Positions 60,722 to 64,000 of a stretch of 64,000 bases of DNA are shown one piece after another (positions within the stretch are counted from its first letter, which is position 1; the number at the start of each line of letters is the position of its first letter). The DNA is from Ranitomeya imitator (lineage: Eukaryota). The stretch spans positions 692,974,001-693,038,000 of the forward strand of contig NC_091284.1 in assembly GCF_032444005.1 (NCBI RefSeq), written 5' to 3'. A program made the position numbers and the translations under genes. A model generated the notes under the pieces. The model was not told the origin of the DNA. It worked only from the letters and a program-made list of their open reading frames with translations, and did no database searches.

Positions 60722-63700
60722 CCCCTTTACCCCCAAGGGTGGTTTGCACGTCAATGACCAGGCCAATTTTTACAATTCTGACCACTGTCCCTTTATGAGG
60801 TTATAACTCTGGAACGCTTCAACGGATCCTGGTGATTCTGACATTGTTTTCTCGTGACATATTGTACTTCATGATAGTGGTAAAATTTCTTTGATAGTAC
60901 CTGCGTTTATTTGTGAAAAAAACGGAAATTTGGTGAAAATTTTGCAATTTTCAAACTTTGAATTTTTATGCAATTAAATCACAGAGATATGTCACACACA
61001 ATACTTAATAAGTAACATTTCCCACATGTCTACTTTACATCAGCACAATTTTGGAACCAAAATTTTTTTTTGTTAGGGAGTTATAAGGGTTAAAAGTTGA
61101 CCAGCAATTTCTCATTTCTACAACACCATTTTTTTTTTTAGGGACCACATCTCATTTGAAGTCATTTTGAGGGGTCTATATGATAGAAAATAACCAAGTG
61201 TGACACCATTCTAAAAACTGCACCCCTCAAGGTGCTCAAAACCACATTCAAGAAGTTTATTAACCCTTCAGGTGTTTCATAGGAATTTTGGGAATGTTTA
61301 AATAAAAATGAACATTTAACTTTTTTTCACAAAAAATTTACTTCAGCTCCAATTTGTTTTATTTTACCAAGGGTAACAGGAGAAAATGGACCCCAAAAGT
61401 TGTTGTACAATTTGTCCTGAGTACGCCGATACCCCATATGTGGGGGTAAACCACTGTTTGAAGGAGGGCAATTTGACTTTTCAATGCAAAATTGACAGGA
61501 ATTGAGATGGGACACCATGTTGCGTTTGGAGAGCCACTGATGTGCCTAAACATTGAAACCCCCCACAAGTGACACCATTTTGGAAAGTAGACCCCTAAGG
61601 AACTTATCTAGAGGTGTGGTGAGCACTTTGACCCACCAAGTGCTTCACAGAAGTTTATAATGCAGAACCGTAAAAATAAAAAATCATATTTTTTCTCAAA
61701 AATTCTTTTTGCCCCCAATTTTTTATTTTCCGAAGGGTAAGAGAAGAAATTGGACCCCATAAGTTGTTGTCCAATTTGTCCTGAGTACGCTGATAGCCCA
61801 TATGTGGGGGGGGGGGACCACCGTTTGGGCGCATGGGAGGGCTCGGAAGGGAAGGAGCGCCATTTGGAATGCAGACTTAGATGGAATGGTCTGCAGGCGT
61901 CACATTGCGTTTGCAGAGCCCCTAATGTACCTAAACAGTAGAAACCCCCCACAAGTGACACCATTTTGGAAAGTAGCCCCCCTAAGGAACTCATCTAGAT
62001 GTGTTGTGACAGCTTTGAACCCCCAAGTATTTCACTACAGTTTATAACGCAGAGCCGTGAAAATAAAAAATCTTTTTGTTTTCCCACGAAAATTATTTTT
62101 TAGCCCCCAGTTTTGTATTTTCCCAAGGGTAACAGGAGAAATTGGACCCCAAAAGTTGTTGTCCTATTTGTCCTGAGTACGCTGATACTCCGTATGTTGG
62201 GGTAAACCCCTGTTTGAGCACACGGGAGAGCTCGAAAGGGAAGGAGCACTGTTTTACTTTTTCAACGCAGAATTGGCTGGAATTGAGATCGGACACCATG
62301 TCGTTTTTGGAGAGCCCCTGATGTGCCTAAACAGTGGAAACCCCCCAATTATAACTGAAACCCTAATCCAAACACACCCCTAATCCCAACAGTAACCCTA
62401 ACCACACCCCTAACCCTGACACACCCCTAACCCTAATCCCAACCCTATTCCCAACTGTAAATGTAATCTAAACCCTAACCCTAACTTTAGCCCCAACCCT
62501 AACCCTAAATGTAGCCCCAACCCTAGCCCCAACCCTAGCCCCAACCCTAGCCCCAACCCTAGCCCCAACCCTAGCCCCAACCCTAGCCCCAACCCTAGCC
62601 CCAACCCTAGCCCCAACCCTAGCCCCAACCCTAGCCCTAGCCCTAACCCTAGCCCTAACTCTAGCCCTAACCCTAGCCCTAACCCTAGCCCTATCCCTAG
62701 CCTTAATCCTAGCCCTAACCCTAGCCCTAACCCTAATGGGAAAATGGAAATAAATACATATTTTTTTTATTTTTCCCTAACTAAGGGGGTGATGAAGGGG
62801 GGTTTGATTTACTTTTATAGCGAGTTTTTTAGCGGATTTTTATGATTGGCAGCCGTCACACACTGAAAGACGCTTTTTATTGCAAAAAATATTTTTTGCG
62901 TTACCACATTTTGAGAGCTATAATTTTTCCATATTTTGGTCCAGAGTCATGTGAGGTCTTGTTTTTTGCGGGACTAGTTGACGTTTTTATTGGTAACATT
63001 TTCGGGCACGTGACATTTTTTGATCGCTTTTTATTCCGATTTTTGTGAGGAAGAATGACCAAAAACCAGCTATTCATGAATTTCTTTTGGGGGAGGCGTT
63101 TATACCGTTCCGCGTTTGGTAAAATTGATAAAGCAGTTTTATTCTTCGGGTCAGTACGATTACATCGACACCTCATTTATATCATTTTTTTATGTTTTGG
63201 CGCTTTTATACGATAAAAACTATTTTACAGAAAAAATAATTATTTTTGCATCGCTTTATTCTCAGGACTATAACCTTTTTATTTTTTTGCTGATGATGCT
63301 GTATGGCGGTTCATTTTTTGCGGGACAAGATGACGTTTTCAGCGGTACCATGGTTATTTATATCTGTCTTTTTGATCGCGTGTTATTCCACTTTTTGTTC
63401 GGCGGTATGATAATAAAGCGTTGTTTTTTGCCTCGTTTTTTTTTTTTTCTTACGTTGTTTACTGAAGGGGTTAACTAGTGGGCCAGTTTTATAGGTCGTG
63501 TCGTTACGGACGCGGCGATACTAAATATGTGCACTTTTATTGTTTTTTTTTATTATTATTTAGATGAAGAAATGTATTTATGGGAATAATATATATATTT
63601 TTTTTCATTATTTAGGAATATTTTTTTTTTATTTTTTTTTTACACATTTGGAAATTTTTTTTTTTACTTTTTTATTTTGTCCCATGGGGGGACATCACAG

Positions 63701-64000
63701 ATCAGTGATCTGACAGTTTTCACAGCACTCTCAGATCACTGATCTGACATGCAGCGCTGCAGCCTTCACAGTGCCTGCTCTGAGCAGGCGCTGTGAAGCC
63801 ACCTCCCTCCCTGCAGGACCCGGATCCGCGGCCATCTTGAATCCGGGCCTGCAGCAGGGAGGGAGGTAAGACCCTCGCAGCAACGCGATCACATTGCGTT
63901 GCTGCGGGGAACTCAGGGAAGCCCGCAGGGAGCCCCCTCCCTGCGCGGTGCTTCCCTGCACCGCCGGCACATCGCGATCATCTTTGATCGCGGTGTGCCG
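60722..64000 (+). mobile_element. Second copy of the non-autonomous piggyBac-like element, cut by the window end, lacking the ERV and Penelope inserts
   Basis: TTAA|cccctttacccccaaggg start; colinear with 31439-43140. Confidence 0.88.
62360..62736 (-). repeat. Telomere-like array: CCCTAA variants with (ccctagccccaa)n and (ccctaaccctag)n expansions
   Basis: Direct reading; about 9-10 perfect 12-mers at about 62521-62632. Confidence 0.92.

Noticed and set aside
62410-62628. (GL)n ORF; likewise the (YI)n ORFs at 7757 and 16674 and the repeat ORFs at 27725-28150
   Set aside because: Products of simple or tandem repeats.
47849-64000. SHMT2 exon 6 onward (PxTGLIDY...AGTSAY)
   Set aside because: I scanned by eye for IDY and AYAR codon patterns with splice sites and found none; probably beyond the window.

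Overview
Eukaryotic genomic DNA, very repeat-rich, with one 201-N gap. The repeat landscape and protein similarity suggest an amphibian (frog-like) genome; this is an inference. The only host gene I can support is mitochondrial serine hydroxymethyltransferase SHMT2 on the + strand. Four coding exons (homologous to human exons 2-5) lie at 23257-23430, 24955-25034, 45068-45268 and 47767-47848, all with canonical AG/GT boundaries and compatible phases. Exon 1 and exons 6 onward were not found. The rest is mostly nested transposable elements, many with readable TIRs and TSDs: an 8-kb hAT inside a Helitron-like element, a CR1 hit by three later insertions, Tc1, Tc2-like and Chapaev elements, and Harbinger-, Kolobok- and hAT-type MITEs. 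Intron 3 holds a 15-kb nest: piggyBac-like inside piggyBac-like, carrying a Penelope-like fragment and a 7.4-kb class I endogenous retrovirus. Top leads: (1) the ERV Gag ends in a RanBP2/FUS-type C4 zinc finger where a CCHC knuckle is expected, and its leader has three repeats each carrying GGUAA; (2) a degenerate minimal hammerhead ribozyme in the Penelope-like insert; (3) a piggyBac-like family carrying telomere-like arrays that expanded differently in each copy. Coordinates were read by eye, and no database searches were run.
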